From Botryllus schlosseri (Eukaryota), in the NCBI GenBank assembly GCA_051294905.1, contig CM119372.1, positions 13,082,001-13,146,000 of the forward strand: DNA of 64,000 nucleotides, given 5' to 3'. Shown here piece by piece: positions 61,788 to 64,000 of this stretch. Both the position numbers and the translations under genes were made by a program. Below the pieces are notes generated by a model. That model saw nothing but the letters and a program-made list of their open reading frames with translations. It was not told the origin of the DNA and did no database searches. How positions within the stretch are numbered: position 1 is the first letter of the stretch; each line of letters begins with the position of its first letter.

Positions 61788-63323
61788 CAGGGGTTCTCAA
61801 CTTCCCTTGTATAACGGGCCGCATTTTAACAGAAAAAGACGCTGCGGGCCGCAGAACAATGTTACCTTGTATTCATGGGCTACTATTAAATTTAGGCTAT
61901 TGTAGCCTATTTACCAGTCGTATACCGGCATTTAGTACATTTCTATGCATTATAAAGCAATAATGGACAGCGTTCGTAAGTTTGCAGCTGCTGCTCGTGA
62001 GAATATGTATCTTCTAGCGGCGCATGTAAATCCCTTCATGGAGGGTGCATTACATTCGTTGTCAAGTCGGTATATGCAACTTCAAATCCTTCCACCGGAG
62101 AGCCGAACTCTCTGTTCCAATGCGTGGGCGAGCAAGTTTAAAATTAATATAACTTTTGCCTTACTGAGACCATTATCACATTGAGCTCTGAGTGATATGA
62201 GAAGAAGTCTGGTGTTTAGGGGTATTTCTGAGCAAACCAATCAACCTTTCTCCTTTCCGTTCATGCCTGGGGCCCTGTACCAATAGCTACAGAAGTCAGC
62301 TTTGTCAAGTTGATATTTTTCGCTGGTCCCCTCCCAACGTTTGCCCAACCAGCATTTCTCTGCATATATGTCCACTCTGATAAAATTCAACCAAATAATT
62401 AGTTATACAGTGTCGGTGGATTCATCCAAGGCTGTGTAAAAGTAGTCAACGCGGCAACGTGTTTCAGAACAGGCGATTAAAGATTGACTGGTATTGATGT
62501 TACTTGTCTGGTCAGGATTGAATCAAATGATTGTATCTTGGAAATTTGTCAGGTGATGTTGTCTTTGCTGCTAAGTTCCGTAAACAGCAAATATTAGCAA
62601 AGTATGTTACGATTTCATTGAAATCGCACCTTCTATATCAGATTTCTTGGGTTTAGTGATATTCGAAGCGATTTTAAACGATGCTTCTGTAACGTCGTCG
62701 GCAATCTCAACAACCGTTCGCAGTGAGTAAAACTCTTTAAAAGTGTAGGCCTACTAAGTAGCGGGATTCTCTTGAACCAGAGTCCAGCTGAATAATCATT
62801 CAAAACAATAACAATCTGAATTCGAGCATATATCAAGAAACGAGAACACATTGAAGCAGTGGTTCTCAAACTTTCCTTAGTCACGCCCCCCCCCCTTTTT
62901 GATAGGGAAAAATTTCGTGCCCCCTTATCGTCATATAACAAAATGCAACCAGAATGCTAGCATAGAAGGTTATAGCCGTCGATTAGAGAATTCTCAAATA
63001 AGAAATTCGGACTATATACAGAGAAATAACTATGAATTGGGATAAATTGCGCACAGCGCAAATTTTTTTTCAGTTGACCGCAGCTTCGCACCCCCTTCAG
63101 ATGCTTCACCCACCCAAGGGGAGGCGCGCCCCCAGTTTGAGAACCACTGTCTTCAAGAATGAGTAATCAAACGAAACAGAGACGGTGCGATAAAAGAGCC
63201 AAGTATCTAAATCAATGTGTAACAATACCGTGTCATTAGTAATTGCGTTTATAATGAAAGATGTCGCGGGCCGCAAAATATACGTCTGCGGGCCGCATGC
63301 GGGCCGCGGTTCGAGAACCCCTG
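61788..63323 (-). mobile_element. Internally deleted hAT (Charlie/Buster-like) element with transposase remnant
   Basis: CAGGGGTTCTCAAC / TTCGAGAACCCCTG; exact TSD CTCTAAGT; minus-strand DYFYTALDESTD (DESTD at 62426-62412) matches the hAT first catalytic Asp motif, followed by a stop. Confidence 0.88.
62857..63149. mobile_element. Small CAGTGGTTCTCAAAC MITE nested in 61788-63323
   Basis: CAGTGGTTCTCAAAC...GTTTGAGAACCACTG; flanks only 5 of 8 identical. Confidence 0.75.
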
Positions 63324-64000
63324 CTCTAAGTAGTCTTAATCCATGGCAAAAATCTCAGCGGGCTCACCCTTAGATCAATACAAAAAATCTGATGTCCAAA
63401 GTTACCCGTCAAATTTTATCGTAACGGGGTAACTTTGGACAGTGGACAGTGTGATATTTAGAGCTCTGGAACGTGGCTGCTTCATCTGTGTCAAAGTGTA
63501 TCGGCAACTGTATTCGTTATGACCGACCTAATGGCTTTTTTAAATGGAATGAGAAGGTTAATAAATTAAGAGTTTGCCAAAATATCAAAAAATGGGTAGG
63601 CAATAAGCCGAGAGACTGTAATCGGGTGTAAGCTACTTAAAAATCTTATCACATACTCTTGAAGATGCGCCTGCTGAATATGGGATAGGCCTACCGTAAA
63701 TTACGACAAATATATCTATCAGAGGACATACGAAAGGGATCAAGTGTATCTGTTAGAGAACAGTAAAATATTTGAAATCGGCAATAAATCACCGTAATAT
63801 GCTTAATGGTTGCTGTTGATTGCTGACACCGCCAGTGGGATACCCCTTATGTTGTTAATAAGTCACCAAATTTTCTATTTTTTGGGGGGGGGATTAGTTT
63901 GAAATGATGCAATAGGCCGGTCGTATGCTATTTTGTTTCAGTTTTAGCCACTGCTATCATCAACTCTTGCCAAATAAGCCTCATTTATGAGTTTTCATAA

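Overview
Eukaryotic (invertebrate metazoan) genomic DNA with a modal intron size near 60 nt; an ascidian tunicate is plausible but this is only an inference. Genes in order: the 3' part of an unidentified plus-strand gene; a perilipin; a 32-exon clathrin heavy chain; a many-exon putative membrane-protein gene that the ORF track misses; an intronless VPS11 with an NPF-repeat tail; PRRC1; an intronless 3-PDZ gene; and an intronless L27 + 12-PDZ MPDZ/PATJ-like gene. The best candidate for an undescribed system is three copies of a ~185-nt box C/D RNA in clathrin introns 13, 17 and 20. They have invariant guide-like ends, compensatory terminal stems and a long covarying internal hairpin, and I recognise no target. 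Second is a young Ty3/Gypsy element in clathrin intron 23 with identical LTRs, an apparent self-priming PBS, a YLDN RT motif, and an RNase H core replaced by an inverted copy of its own PPT. The window also holds many non-autonomous DNA transposons with exact TSDs, nested up to four deep, and a foldback element built from inverted TTAGGG-containing minisatellites. All gene models were spliced by hand; no database search or folding program was run.
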